Positions 1-12,847 of a DNA stretch of 64,000 nt are shown piece by piece (the first letter of the stretch is position 1; every line of letters begins with the position of its first letter). This DNA is from Entomortierella parvispora E1425 (taxonomy: Eukaryota; Fungi; Mortierellomycota). The stretch covers positions 124,001 to 188,000 of the forward strand of contig BQFW01000006.1 of the NCBI GenBank assembly GCA_020891255.1, in the 5' to 3' direction. The notes under the pieces are model-generated. The model had not been told where the DNA came from. It searched no databases and was given only the letters and a program-made list of their open reading frames with translations. Made by a program: the position numbers and the translations under genes.

Positions 1-1389
1 CTTACCCTTCTGGAAATGAAGCTATTCACTTTTTGCTGGTCGTTAGGATCCAGCTGATGATCAGCTAGAGTCACATCCGACATGATGAATGGCCGAACAC
101 TCTGTAGTCGCATCTTTTGAATGTTGAATTTTGTCTTGCAGATCTTGAGAATCGCAACATGCTTGTCTTTCGACTCGCCCTCGGAGAGACTGGTAGCAAC
201 GGAAGAGCCTGGTTGACTCACGTGAAACTGCTGCTGGGGGTTGTACATGGGGTCGATCAAGCATTCGTGCTCGTGTCCCCAAATAACCAGGTCAATGAAC
301 TCGTCCAAAAATGCCTCTGGGATATAACTCTTTGGGCCATGCATCACTCTATGTTGCATCCAAATCAAGTTAACGGACTCGAATCATACGTTGAGGCGAG
401 GGCATATCTTGCAGCATTGCGAGTTGCTTACCGGTTCTGGTGCAGGACTAGCAAGTTGTACCAACGCTCCTTGTCTTCTTCTTCAACGGGCCTCATCATT
501 TTTACATTCCGTCGCAGAAAGGTCTGATGGAGTCGCTCGTCCCGAATATTGCCAATACCAAAGAGAGCCAGCCGCGTTTCGCCCTTTTGCAGAAGAATGG
601 GTTTGACAACCACGTTATCAATCTCTTGGGAGCGGCCAAAATAATTGACCAATCCATTCATCGCCAAAAGATCCAGAGCACACAAGTTTCCATCTCCTGA
701 AGGATCGTCATGGTTTCCATGAATCGAAAATACGGGTAGTGAAACGTTCAAGTTTGGATCCATATAATTCACCGATTCAACACTAGTAAAAGAGTGGGTC
801 AAAGATAAGTAAGGCAATCCAGTTCATATTTCTGTCAATAGCACCATGGACTTACCCTTCTGGAAAGTTTTCAGAGGGATCACTCAGGAACTCTATACTG
901 ACAGGCCTGTCACCGAGGCAATACTTGCGCAACAATTTGGACGTGATGTGCATAGTCTTGCGAGAAGGCTTGTTCTCGTGGAAGAGGTCCCCCCCAAGGA
1001 GGACCATATCGACCTAATTCCCGAATCAGTGTCAGTATCCATGTACTTTTCATCAGACAGCGAAAGATTACCTAGCGCATAAAAGATCCCAGTACCTCGG
1101 ACTCGGCCGCCAGGGCGAGGATTTCCTCGAAAGCAGCAAAAGAGTCGTTGCCTCGAACGGGGTCCCGCTCCAAGTATCCGAGATGGTTATCAGTTGCAAC
1201 CAAGATGGTCAAGGTGTCTCTGTCATCGCCTTCACCCTCGAGTAACTGCGACGCGCTTGTTTGCTCCTGACTATAAAGAAGACAGCCTTCATGTCAATTC
1301 GGGCTGGATCGTGACCTCGGACTGGACATGCATGCAAAAGGGAGTGATGAATCGACTTACGACGATGGCACAGACTCTTGACTGTCCAT
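1..1389 (-). CDS. MRE11: Mre11 DSB-repair nuclease, 5' part (continues beyond window start), multi-exon
   Basis: Spliced translation gives [24 protein letters not shown] and [14 protein letters not shown] phosphoesterase motifs. ATG at 1389 (MDSQESVPS) is followed by a gtaagt donor. Confidence 0.95.
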
Positions 1390-1784
1390 GCTGAGTATGC
1401 TGTTATGCAGTGAAAAAGAGCTGAAGAGACAAGGAGGAGGAAGGAGGAAGAAGGAAGAGAAAAGGAAGAGGAATGCGATGTGGCCACCAAAAGAAAGAGA
1501 AAAGAAAGAGAAAAGAAGTAGATGCATGCGACCCACCATTCTGGTGATTTGGTGGCAAAACAGGGACGATGTCTTTGCTGTTTGTACGCCGTGAATGTGA
1601 TCCGTGAATGTGATCCGTGTGTGTGATCCGTGTGTGTGCCTGGCTTGCTGCCATGCGCCCTCGCTTGCAGCCGCTCCTTTCCTTTCCCCTCTTTTTTCTT
1701 CCTTCTTTCCTTTCTTCCCTACACCCACGCCCGCACTTGCTTCTCTGCATTCTCGGCTTGATCAACTCCTTCTCACTCTTGACA

Positions 1785-2773
1785 ATGACCCTCGCTGCAT
1801 TGGCCTCACGATCTGCAAGATCCCTCCAGAATCCCCTTCGCAGGGCCGCCTGCATTCATCTCGCAGCGCCCATCACTCGCTCGTTCCATGCATTGGCTCC
1901 TCAGCAGACCATGCACCCTACCTCCTCGGGTGACCTCCTGCCCTACTGTGAGCGGAACTCTACCCGTCTACTTGGTAAGTTTGACGAGTTACACGCCAAC
2001 ACAATCGAGCACTATCCAAAAACTGCAGGAAAGACCATCTCCTCGCTTCAAGGACAGTTTCTTCGTCTGCTCATGAGAATGACGCGTCCACAGCGCGTGC
2101 TTGAGCTTGGGTGCTTCATGGGCTTCAGTGCGATGGCTATGGCCGATGGCATGGGTGCCGATGGAGTCATCTACACGTGCGAAAAGGATGGAAAGGCTGC
2201 TCAACTGGCACGAGAGCTCTTTCAAAGACAAGGGTACCAGGGTTCAGAGGAAGGTCCTCGCCGCAAGACAAAGATTGAGCTGATGGAAGGCAATGCCCTG
2301 GACAGTCTGGAAATCCTGTCGAAAAATGGGCTGCAGTTTGACGCTGTATTTCTCGGTGAGTCTAGCGATCAAAGCCATCGGTACTTGGCATTTGTTCTTT
2401 GCCGCTAACATATCCTCTCCCTGTAGACGCTGACAAAAGCAACTATATCAACTACTTTAATTTTATCATGGACAACGGACTTCTTAACAAGGGTGGATTC
2501 ATCCTTGCGGACAATGTTCTCTTTTCAGGACTGGTGCTCAACGCTCCCGGTGCAAACAACAGCAAGACTCACCTGTCATCTCCTCCACCCTCGCCTACCC
2601 TCAAGCCAAGCGACAAAGGGTTGACCGAAAATGAGGACAGGTCATCGGCAGCATGGCAAAAGTATGCGGATCATATGGATGCCTTCAACAGGCATGTTCA
2701 CGCCGATAGCCGCGTCGAGGTTGCTGTCCTTCCTGTATTTGATGGCCTAAGTGTTATCATGCACAAGATCTAA
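1785..2773 (+). CDS. Class I SAM-dependent O-methyltransferase (CCoAOMT/COMTD1-like), copy 1, probable mitochondrial presequence; intron 2356-2426
   Basis: RVLELGCFMGFSA SAM motif, FDAVFL|DADKSNY across a GT-AG intron, and ILADNVLFSG. The N-terminus is Arg/Ala/Ser-rich with no acidic residues. Confidence 0.9.
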
Positions 2774-2993
2774 GAAGCAAGAACTTTTATTGCAGCTTTT
2801 CTCCTTCGATACGCATAACATGCTCTTTCAGCCATAAAGCCTGACAAAGAGAGGAAAAGATGGCTTTGTCGTTATCTATTGTCTCCTGAACTATCGCGGG
2901 ATTAAAATCTTTGTTCCCATTCGCAACACGGTTTTTTGTTGAATATGTGTAACTGTCTTCCTATACCTTTCTTGCAACTTTTTCGTAAACAGC

Positions 2994-3454
2994 ATGATAT
3001 CTCCTTTTGAAAACCAAAACGTACGCGCCTCGCTACGACCTCTCAGACTTATTCTGACCCTTGTTGGTTTACTCGTCATCGTCTGTTGCCTCTCGGCGGT
3101 CGCAAATGGCGTTATGCATGTGAGCGATCAGGTCCGTGCCACATATTTGTGGAATGCTCCCCACCAAAGATCAAGACCCTGGCCTTCCACTTGACAAATG
3201 CAGGAGAGCATGCCAGACAACAAAAAGTCCAAACCAACACTCAAGCCGACAACCACAGCTCGTGCGCTGTCGTGGCAGTACCGCCCACTCATTGCATTCC
3301 CGTAGCGTCCCAGGTTTCCAACCCGCGGCTTCGATGGTCAGATTGCCTTGCAAGGACATGCTCAATTTCAGTATCATGGCGTGTTTCCGTCAAAGTTTGC
3401 TTTTGGACTATATCACAACCTCATCAGCCATCAATTGACCTCTTCTTATCCTGA
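2994..3454 (+). pseudogene. Chimeric remnant: 5' part of the 4993-5638 membrane-protein gene fused to the 3' end of a 6331/7999-family gene
   Basis: 2994-3322 aligns to 4993-5427 but lacks the intron acceptor. 3322-3450 translates AASMVRLPCKDMLNFSIMACFRQSLL, homologous to VASMVSLPYDTIAYVSVMTCFRMSLL at ~6580-6660. Confidence 0.7.
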
Positions 3455-3728
3455 ACAATTGGCCATAGTCGACGTTCGATCTTTATTGGAGAGGGGCTCC
3501 TGGCTACCGACGCTCTCGTTGTACTCTGTATTCTTCTTACGTACCCCCTCGCTTGCAGCCGCTCCTTTCCTTTCCTTTTCTTTGCATCCTCCTCTTTGCA
3601 TCCTCCTCTCTCTTTTTTTTTCTTCCTTCTCCCTTATTTCCCACACCCATCTTCCTTCTTTCCCACACCCACACTCGCACTTGCCTCTCTGCATTCCCTG
3701 CTTGATCAACTCCTTCTCACTCTTGACA

Positions 3729-4717
3729 ATGACCCTCGCTGCATTGGCCTCACGATCCGCAAGATCCCTCCAGAATCCCCTTCGCAGGGCCGCCTGCATT
3801 CAGCTCGCAGCACCCATCACCCGCTCGTTCCATGCCTTGGTTCCTCAGCAGGACATGCACCCCACTTCCTCGGGTGATCTCCTGCCCTATTGTGAGCGGA
3901 ACTCGACCCGTCTACTTGGCAAGTTTGACGAGTTACACGCCAACACAATCGAGCACTATCCAAAAACTGCAGGCAAGACCATCTCCTCACTTCAAGGACA
4001 GTTTCTTCGTCTGCTCATGAGAATGACGCGTCCACAGCGCGTGCTTGAACTTGGGTGCTTCATGGGCTACAGCGCCATGGCTATGGCCGATGGCATGGGT
4101 GCCGATGGAGCCATCTACACGTGCGAAAAGGATGGAAAGGCTGCTCAACTGGCACGAGAGCTCTTTCAAAAGCAAGGCTACCAGGGTTCAGAAGAAGGTC
4201 CTCGCCGCAAGACAAAGATTGAGCTGATGGAAGGCAATGCTCTGGACAATCTGGAAATCTTGTCGAAAAACGGGCTGCAGTTTGATGCTGTATTTCTCGG
4301 TGAGTCTTGCGATCAAAGCCACTGGTACTTGACATTTGCTCATTGCCGCTAACATATCCCCTCCCTGTAGACGCTGACAAAAGCAACTACATCAACTACT
4401 TTAATTTTATCATGGACAACGGACTTCTTAACAAGGGTGGATTCATCCTTGCTGACAACGCTCTCTTTCAGGGACTGGTGCTCAACGCTCCTGGTGCAAA
4501 CGGCGGCAAGACTCACCTGTCATCTCGTCCATCCCCGCCTACCCTCAAGCCAAGCGACATAGAGTTGGCCGAAAACGAGGACTGGTCATCGGCAGAATTA
4601 CAAGAGTGTGCAGATCATGTGGATGCCTTCAACAGGCATGTTCACGTCGATAGCCGCGTCGAGGTTGCTGTCCTGCCTGTGTTTGATGGCCTAAGTGTTA
4701 TCATGCACAAGATCTAA
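3729..4717 (+). CDS. O-methyltransferase, copy 2 (tandem paralog, offset 1944 bp); intron 4300-4370
   Basis: Near-identical to copy 1, with the same intron position and intact motifs. Confidence 0.9.
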
Positions 4718-4992
4718 GATGCAAGAACTTATTATTGCTGCTTTTCTCTTGCGATACGCAGTAACATGCTCTTTCAGCCGTGAATGTTGACAAAGAGAGG
4801 AAAAGATGGCTTTGTCGTTATCTATTGTCTCCTGAACTACCGCGGGAATAAAATCTTTGTGTTCGCATTCGAATCCTCGCAATGAATCGTGCAACACGGT
4901 TTTTGAATAAATGTAACAAATTGTCTTCATGATCGTCTTTCTTCTATCTCTTCTAGTTTGTTACCTTCCTTTGAACTTTTTTCATATCCAGC

Positions 4993-5638
4993 ATGACAAC
5001 TCTTTTTGAAAATCAAAACGTACGCGCCTCACTACGAACTCTCAGACTTGTCTTGACCCTTGTTGGTTTACTCGTCATCGTCTGTTGTCTCTCGGCGGTC
5101 GCAAATGGCGTTATACATGTGAGCGATCAGGTCCGTGCCAGATATTTGTGAAATGACCTCTCCAAACCCCTTTTGCATACTGATTAGTTTCGTTTTCCTT
5201 GCTGCATTTTCCCCAAAGGCTAGCCCACACCCGCCAAAGATCAAGACTCTAGCCTTCCACTTGACCAATGCAGGAGAGCACGCCAGACGTAACCTCAACC
5301 TACAGAACGAGACCACACACGACAAAACATCCAAACCAACTCTCAAGCCCACAACCACAGCTCGCGCGTCGGTCACGTCAGTAACGCCCGCTCTTTGCAT
5401 TCCTGTAGCGGCCCATGTTTCCAACCAGCAGATCTTTTCCCAGTATCTCACATTGGTGCTGTGCGCCATGGCGGTCATGTTTGCAAGCTTGAAGGATTGG
5501 CCTGCAACAAGACCTTGGGTGTGTGAAGTACAACCCTCCATTGACATGATCCGCGATAGCCACGCAGAACTTCGACGCGCCTACTCCATGCCAAACATTG
5601 GGGCAACCTTTGCCATGTCAGTTTCTTCTACACGCTAA
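4993..5638 (+). CDS. Hypothetical 185-aa membrane protein (N-terminal hydrophobic segment, Thr-rich linker, second hydrophobic segment); intron 5131-5218
   Basis: Exon 1 (138 nt, LVLTLVGLLVIVCCLSAVA) joins in phase 0 via gtccgt...aag to the ORF ending at 5638. Confidence 0.55.
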
Positions 5639-6330
5639 ACAATAGGAGGTTAAACGAGAAAACATACTCATCCTTGACTCCCCCCCTCCCCCCCCTTTTT
5701 TTTTCTTTCAATAGGACGGGTGGTATTCTCTTGGCTCTAAATCTCGCTTCAAGTCCTGGGTGGATTCTCCCAGATTGGCAGGTTCAACTCTTGGACGGTT
5801 CTGGATACGCGGCGATCGTCTTTGGTATTCTGTACGTTTTGATAGGACTGGATCCTCGCGGATGGAGGGCCGCCAGAGATTTGCTGTTTTAATAAACGTA
5901 TCCGTGGGGCCGAGCAGTCAAATTGGCAGTTGGGCCCTCAAGGCGCACGGAACTGTGCACGGTAGTCGTCCAATAAAAGATTTTGAAGGATTTGGACTGA
6001 ATGGTTGCAGAAAGAATGGTGCTCGGACGAAAGGACATTTGTGGATCTGCAGGGCGTGCGCAGCTTTCGGCCGTCGCAATTTAAACCAAGATCAAATTAG
6101 TCCAGGATTGACCCAAACCCACTTTTCCTTTAACAGTCAGCCGCGCCGTGCACTTTTGCATCCTTTTATCCTCACCCACACACTCCGTTGGCAAACAATC
6201 CTTTCAGGTGCGTCCATACACAACGTGCATTGCATTTCATTCTCCTCGAATGGTGAATCTCATTGCCCAGCCTCAATGCATTCTCATTCTCTTACGTACC
6301 AAGCTTTACTTTGGACACACTTTTCTAGCC

Positions 6331-6735
6331 ATGCTTCCAGAGCTCAAAGACCTACTGGTCAGCCCGTTCATCAGCTATGCCATGTTCAAGGTCAACCCCG
6401 ACTATACCACTGAGCACATCATTACGCCTGGTAGATATAACGAATATCCTGGATACGACAAAATAAGCGACGCCGTCAAAGCAGAACTCGACACTCTGCA
6501 CATTGTCCAAGAAGCTGCTCGATACGACGGCCCTGGAAGGCCAAAGGTGCATTTTCGACTTATCGTTAACAACGAAACAGTAGCTTCGATGGTAAGCCTG
6601 CCTTACGACACTATAGCCTACGTTAGTGTGATGACATGCTTCCGCATGAGTCTCCTTAAGAATATTACCACCAGCCACTCACAGCCCTATGAGCCATCCA
6701 TTGACCTTTTTTTATCCTCGTCTTTTTATCATTAA
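6331..6735 (+). CDS. Orphan family X protein 1 (134 aa)
   Basis: ATG follows ttctagcc (probable 5'UTR intron acceptor). Full-length paralog at 7999 has the same length. Confidence 0.7.
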   Translation: MLPELKDLLVSPFISYAMFKVNPDYTTEHIITPGRYNEYPGYDKISDAVKAELDTLHIVQEAARYDGPGRPKVHFRLIVNNETVASMVSLPYDTIAYVSVMTCFRMSLLKNITTSHSQPYEPSIDLFLSSSFYH

Positions 6736-7998
6736 ACAATTGGTCGATCATCGATCGTGTACGAATGTGGCCCGTCAATATTCTGGTGGGCAGCTTGCAT
6801 CGCAAATAGCCCTTTCTTTCTGATGAAATTTTGACAGGACACCCATTTCCGCACTTGGTCTGCTCTTACTCTTTGCCAGTTGATTCTCGATCGTTACGCC
6901 GTACCTCAATCGGATGCTCACTGCAACATCTGTTTCGAGAGACTCGCAACTATCGACCCACTTTTTGCAACTCCCTTCAGAGAGCACTGCACTCGAATGA
7001 ACTCAGAAGCCAATGAAAGAGCACTAAACACCTGGGCAGGGTAGCTTTTACCCGGTACGCAATTGACCATATTGGGTACAAGTTGAAACCAAAAGTCAAC
7101 TTTGGTTGCATTCAACCATGTAAGAACCGTTGCTATTTGCCGCGCGGCATGTCAACATCGCTGGTGTCTGAGACGGGACCATGAAAAAGAAATTAGAACC
7201 CACAATCAAGAGCTGGACCATGCGCGCGGGCAGACATCTTTTAATTCCCTGCGGAGTAGGAAATGTTGTAACTAGATCACGACCCCACTTTTTTTTTTCT
7301 TCACTTCCACTCGTCCTTTCTGCACTTATTCTCCTCTCTTTATCCGCCAACACCGTTTCCTTTGACGCTTCTGGCGTCAGAAGTCGTGGTCAATTCACTT
7401 TTCGAAAACAAGGACACGTGCAAAACTTCATCCTGAAGTTGTTTTAATACTTCGATCCACTGAGACCAAGGATCCCAAAAGCGACAGGTCGACTCAAGAG
7501 TACCGAAAAAGTGACCTCCACAATCTAAGGAAGCAAAGAGTAGCCTGTACCCGGTACAGATGAACAATCACTGTTGGGTGAAACCCATTGGCTTCTAGCA
7601 ATTCGATAGTTATGAATTGCCTACAGTAGTTGTCCAGTAAAGGCTTGGACTGAACGGTTGCGCAAAGAATGGTGCTCAGACTAAAGACATCTATGGATCT
7701 ATTGTTCGTGCCGAGATTTCGGCTGTGCAATTTGGACCAAGCCTTAGACCTGTTCTGACCCAACCTGCTTATATCAGTCAACCGCCATGGGCGAGCACTT
7801 TTGCATCCTTTCACCTCACCCGCACACCCACATACACTCCGTTGGCAAACAATCCATTCAGGTGCGTCCATACATAATATGCATTGCATTACATTCTCCT
7901 CGTTTTGAGAATGGTCAATCTCATTGTCCAGTTGCAATGCATTCTCATTCTCATACCCACTATTACACACTGCACGGTAGACATAAACTATTCTAGCC

Positions 7999-8403
7999 AT
8001 GCTTCCAGAGCTTGAAGACCTCTTGATCAGCCCATTCATTAGCTATGTCATGTTCGACGTCAACATGGACTACAACGCCCAGCACATTATCACGCCTAGT
8101 AGATATAGTGAATACCCTAAATACGCCAAAATAAGTGACGCTCTGAAAGCAGAGCTGCAAAGTCTGCGGATCATTCAGGAGGCCGTTCACCGTGATGTTC
8201 TTGACATGCCAAAGGTGTATTTTCGACTGATCATTAACGACAAAACAGTTGCCTCGATGATATGCCCACCCTATGACAGCTTATCCTACGTGGCCGTCAT
8301 GTCGTGCTTCCGAACGAGTATCTTGAGAAATATTACGACTCCATACTCTCAGCCCCATTCATCAACAATTGATCGTTACTTGTCTTCTCGCCCCAAACAT
8401 TAA
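7999..8403 (+). CDS. Orphan family X protein 2 (134 aa)
   Basis: Colinear with 6331-6735 (MLPELxDLLxSPFISYxMF...CFRxSxLxNITT). The upstream ~350 bp is also duplicated. Confidence 0.7.
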   Translation: MLPELEDLLISPFISYVMFDVNMDYNAQHIITPSRYSEYPKYAKISDALKAELQSLRIIQEAVHRDVLDMPKVYFRLIINDKTVASMICPPYDSLSYVAVMSCFRTSILRNITTPYSQPHSSTIDRYLSSRPKH

Positions 8404-8976
8404 ACACTTGGTCGTGTTCAGCATTCATTCATGTATACTATCAGAATAAGTGAGAGAGAAATGGAGAGAGAGAGAGACCAACATGAACATGCTAGCGTTC
8501 CAGCTTTGAGAGTGATGCTTCACGTGTCTTCACGCAAAGTAACTGCGAGAAGGACTGAAGATTTAGCACTGCAAGCCCCTGTTTCTGACGGCATCTTGGA
8601 AAAGCGGACATTTCTTCTTTCCAGGAAGGCACAGTAGTCTGCTCTCTCTCTCTATCTCGATTGTGGGACCATAGTTTGGATGCCGATCCCAAGAGTGCAT
8701 GACTTCTGCACGAGTACAAGAACTTCCAAAGATATACTCCATATATATATCTAAAACAAGAAAGAACCCCTTCAAAATAAGCCCTCAAACAACAAAAGCC
8801 TCCATATTGTGTCCAAATAGAATATATTAATTTTTTGTTGTTTGGTAGTATCGCTGTTGTTGCATGGTTTGCTCTGATTCTCTGATCGGGGGGATGTGGA
8901 TGGGTCCTAACGACTCTTCTGCTCTCGGTGCCTCGATGTTTGAATATAAATAGTGGAGGCCGTCTTGTCGTCCGCT

Positions 8977-9231
8977 TTACATGACCAGGCAGCAGCAGCC
9001 CTTGTCATCCTTGCCCTCCATCTGGTTGCCATAACCCTGTCCCTGCTGTGAGTATCCACCATAGCCTCCGTTTTGTGGTTGACTGTTGTGTGTCTCCTTG
9101 TTGAACCGACGGATCTCGCGCACAAGGTTGTAGAACGACTCGTCCACGTTGATTCTTTGCTTGGCTGAAGATTCGATCAAACGAGAGTTGAACTGCTTGG
9201 CCAACTCGCGACCCTCTGTTGAAAAAGAAGA

Positions 9232-9264
<33 letters not shown>

Positions 9265-11081
9265 CGAAAAAGAATGAGTTTTGGAGGCGGACGAAATGAT
9301 AGAAAACCTAGATTCAATCCCCAAAAAAAGTTCATACCATGAGTAGACACTTGACGCTCGTGCTCCAAATCGCACTTGTTGGCCACAAGGATGATGGGGA
9401 AAAAGTCCTTGTCCTTGACACGCAAGATTTGCTGGTAAAAAGTCGAAATTTCCTCAAACGAGTTGCGGGAGGTAATCGAGTATACGAGCAAAAAGCCCTC
9501 TCCTGTACGCATGTACTGTTCACGCATCGCACTAATTTTTTTTTTTGTTTACACAAGGAATAAGAGAAAAATAACCGTTAGCACCCTTGTTTTGGCAGTT
9601 CCATCTTGTGCCTCCCTCTCGTCGCTCTCCAAGCTTTTTGCTCTGTCAGCAATTGTCATGCCATTGAGCACGTCTTTCTCCCCACCTCTCTTTCCCCTCA
9701 CTTCCAAGAAGAAACAAAGAGAAAAAGAAAAGCTCACATCTCTGGAGAGCTCTCTTTTTGTTGTTTTTTTTCAGAGCATATACCAGCTCGAAGGCTTTGT
9801 TGTTCGTGCTTGTTGCCCTTTACTGGCCCATCTCCGAAGGGTAGCCGTCTTGAGCCCAAACCATGTGTGCCCATTTCATTTCATTGTTTGTCTCCCATCG
9901 ACCCTCTGTGGGACGTCTGTCGAGCAGGAAAGAGGTTCTTCTCCAATGGATACAGGCGTACGATCACGGTGAGCAAGGACAGGACACAACAAGGCAAGGG
10001 AGCGGTGTTCCCAGGAAAGTCGATTCCCAATCACTGCGCTGAGGGTAGGGCTCTAGTGCCACCAGGGCCATACCAGCACGGTCAAAAGGGTCCATCTTCC
10101 ACTCCACAAGCATAACGGTCGGTCTGTCGGTTGTGTCGGACGTTTTATCCTCCCAACAAACGAAATAAAAAAAAATGCCTCCTCGATTTACCTGTACTCC
10201 TCCTGTCCAGCGGTATCGAGGACATCCAGAAGGGCCACCTCGTCGTCGATCACACATTGCTTGCGATAAGAGTCTACATTTAAACAAAGCATGGAGACAG
10301 CTAGGAGGTCAGTACAGGCAAAGCCAATACAATCAACACGCAGACTAGGAGAGACGAAATAAGGGGAGCGCCTTATGAAGCACGAAGGAGGAGGACGAGG
10401 AGGACAACGTGAGCAGCGACCAACGAACCCGACGGCGTTGTTGGGTCCGTTGGGAACAAGGCGACAGCCATGCGCAATAAGGCAGGAAAGGGCCAGAACG
10501 CGACGACGACGTTGACCGCAGGCGGTTGCGCCTGACTGACTGGCGAGTTTAAAAAAAAAAAAAAAAAAAATCGGGAGGCAGGGAAAGTGAGAGAGGGTAC
10601 GTTCGGGGAGTACGGTTTTACCTTCGATGGTGGGGTCGTATTCATCCACAAAGTGCGACTGGATGAACTGGATGGTCATGGCAGACTTGCCGACACCTAG
10701 CAAAGAGGGTTATAGGTGCAAGAGCGCATTATGAGTGAGAATGAGCACGTCGTAGGGGGAGGGGAAACAGATGGACGTATGGATGGGATTCCGACGGGTC
10801 TGTTCTGTTCTGTCCTCTTCTGTATTATGCTGCAAGGGGGTCCATGTTGCTGTCCACTTGTGGTTGTGCTGTGGTTCCTCTTCCTGTGTTGCTGTCGGAG
10901 TGCGGGGGGGCTGGGTCAAGTTGGGGATGTTGCGCAGGGTCAAAGAGGCGGCGGGTGAATGGGGGGCATTGGAGTGGCAGGGATTGTGTCCAAGCGGGTG
11001 CGTCCGTGGTTGGGCTGTACCTCCTCCGCCAACGACGACGAGCTTGTACTCGCGCATGAGCTGGTTGGGTTGCTTGGACAT
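8977..11081 (-). CDS. RAS1: Ras small GTPase (Ras1 type), multi-exon
   Basis: [10 protein letters not shown]|[31 protein letters not shown] and C-terminal CAAX CCCLVM. Confidence 0.97.
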
Positions 11082-11727
11082 TATTTAAATATGACAAGGG
11101 AGGGAGGATGAGAGATGAGAAGGGGAGGAAGGAGATGTAAAGAGGAAAGAGGATGAGGAGATGAAAGAGATGGAGAAGGAGGAGGAGGAGGAGAAGAAGG
11201 TGATGATGGAGAAGAGAAGAAAGGGGGGGAAAGCAAGAATAATTGAGAGTGAGAAGAGACAGGCGAGTGCGAGGTGTGCGGTGAGAGGTGTGCAGTGAGA
11301 GTGTGTGAGAGGTGAGAGGTGAGAGGTGAGAGAAATCTTTTTCTCTGTTGGTCGGTCTCTCCGGCCACCTCTCTCCCAGCGTGCGGATGCGCCCACACGA
11401 CCAGCAGGGCTTCTGTACCAGTCAGGCAGTCAGGCAGTCCGGAACAAGGGACTCTATCTCCCTTTATTCTCTCCTTCTCTCTCTGTCCCTGTCCTTCTTC
11501 TCCATCCAATTCTCATTCATTACACGGTCCATCTTTTCATCTCTCTGCTTGCTCTCTTTCTCTCTTTGTTCAACGTTCATGTTGGTGGCAACTTGTCCGC
11601 GGCCGTTGCATTAAGGGGCGGCAGTGGATCGTCAATTTTGAACAAACAGCAAAAAAGAAAAAATTGCCAGTCTTCAAGGCGGTGCATTCACTCTCTCCTC
11701 ATTCATTCACATAGTTACCTTCCGACG

Positions 11728-12584
11728 ATGCCACCACCCCCACGCACAGTCAAAGCCAGAGGAAAGAAGCTGCCCGCTGGCGCAGGCGCCACGGCTGCTG
11801 CCGCAAGACGCCAGGCTATCGAGCGGAACCCTCATATCTTGGACACTGAGGAAGAGACCAATGCTGCTACAAGCCTCGAAGTCGATCAGGAGACGACCGA
11901 TGCCAAGGCCTGGATCAAACAGAACACGGACGCTGAAGTGGTATGCGGCGCAACAAAATGGTGCATTTTGGCTCAGAAATCGTGCATGGATGGACAGCAT
12001 GACAGTAGATCCAAAGGCGCGTCTAATGCATGTGAACTTTTTCTCCAATCTAGGCAAGGATAAAGGCGACCGGCACCAGCATTGAGCTGTTGCCTGTCAA
12101 GAACTTTGGCGTAGTCGTTGACATGTCACGCAAGAAGCCCATTGCAATCAACCGTATCGAGATTGACTCTACCATGGACTTTAAACTGATCCAGCAGATC
12201 ATGGTCTCGCCCGGGATTCCTTATCCTCACAAGGAGAACTTTGAATATGTCAATGTAAGTCGCCTAATTTCGTCCGAGTATACCTGCTCTAGAGGATCCC
12301 ATCCAGGACAGTCTATCTGACTCTTTTGTCTTTCCGTGGCTCTATAGGTTCTCTTGTTCACCGAGGGTATGCAGACCCCCATGTTGGTACCCTATTTGTA
12401 CGACACAAAGTTCAAGACTCAGGAGCCATTGGAAGAGAACGAGGAAAAGACTGGCACCGTGGACAACTCAGAAGCAGACCAGAGACCTTGGATCAATGTC
12501 AAGAACAACCTCACGGAATGGCTCCTTGTCAACTCGCACCACATGCGCGCAAGGCACCACATTGACGAATACCACGATATCTAA
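11728..12584 (+). CDS. Hypothetical protein, 3 exons, family not recognised
   Basis: Three reading frames join through canonical introns (gtatgc..tag, gtaagt..tag) into one globular-looking sequence ending HHMRARHHIDEYHDI. Confidence 0.7.
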
Positions 12585-12847
12585 AATAGATCCGCAAAAT
12601 CTGGAATAAAAAACATCCGTTAAAAATATGAGACTTGGTGACTGCCTCTTTTTTCCTGTCCATTGTCTCCCTTGCATGCATGCTCTTGCCTCTCCACTTT
12701 TCTCCATCTCTCCACGACTCTGCAGGCATCAGGCTCATCCGACTTTTCTGAGCGCAGGACCTGGACCTGGATACCTATTCCAACGTATATTTAACACGCG
12801 GGAGGAACATCGCCTCAGACACACCCCTCCAGAGCATTGACACCAGG

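Noticed and set aside
9463-10190. Two 169-aa + strand ORFs in the long RAS intron
   Set aside because: Low-complexity, no recognisable motif, and no convincing promoter or splice context.
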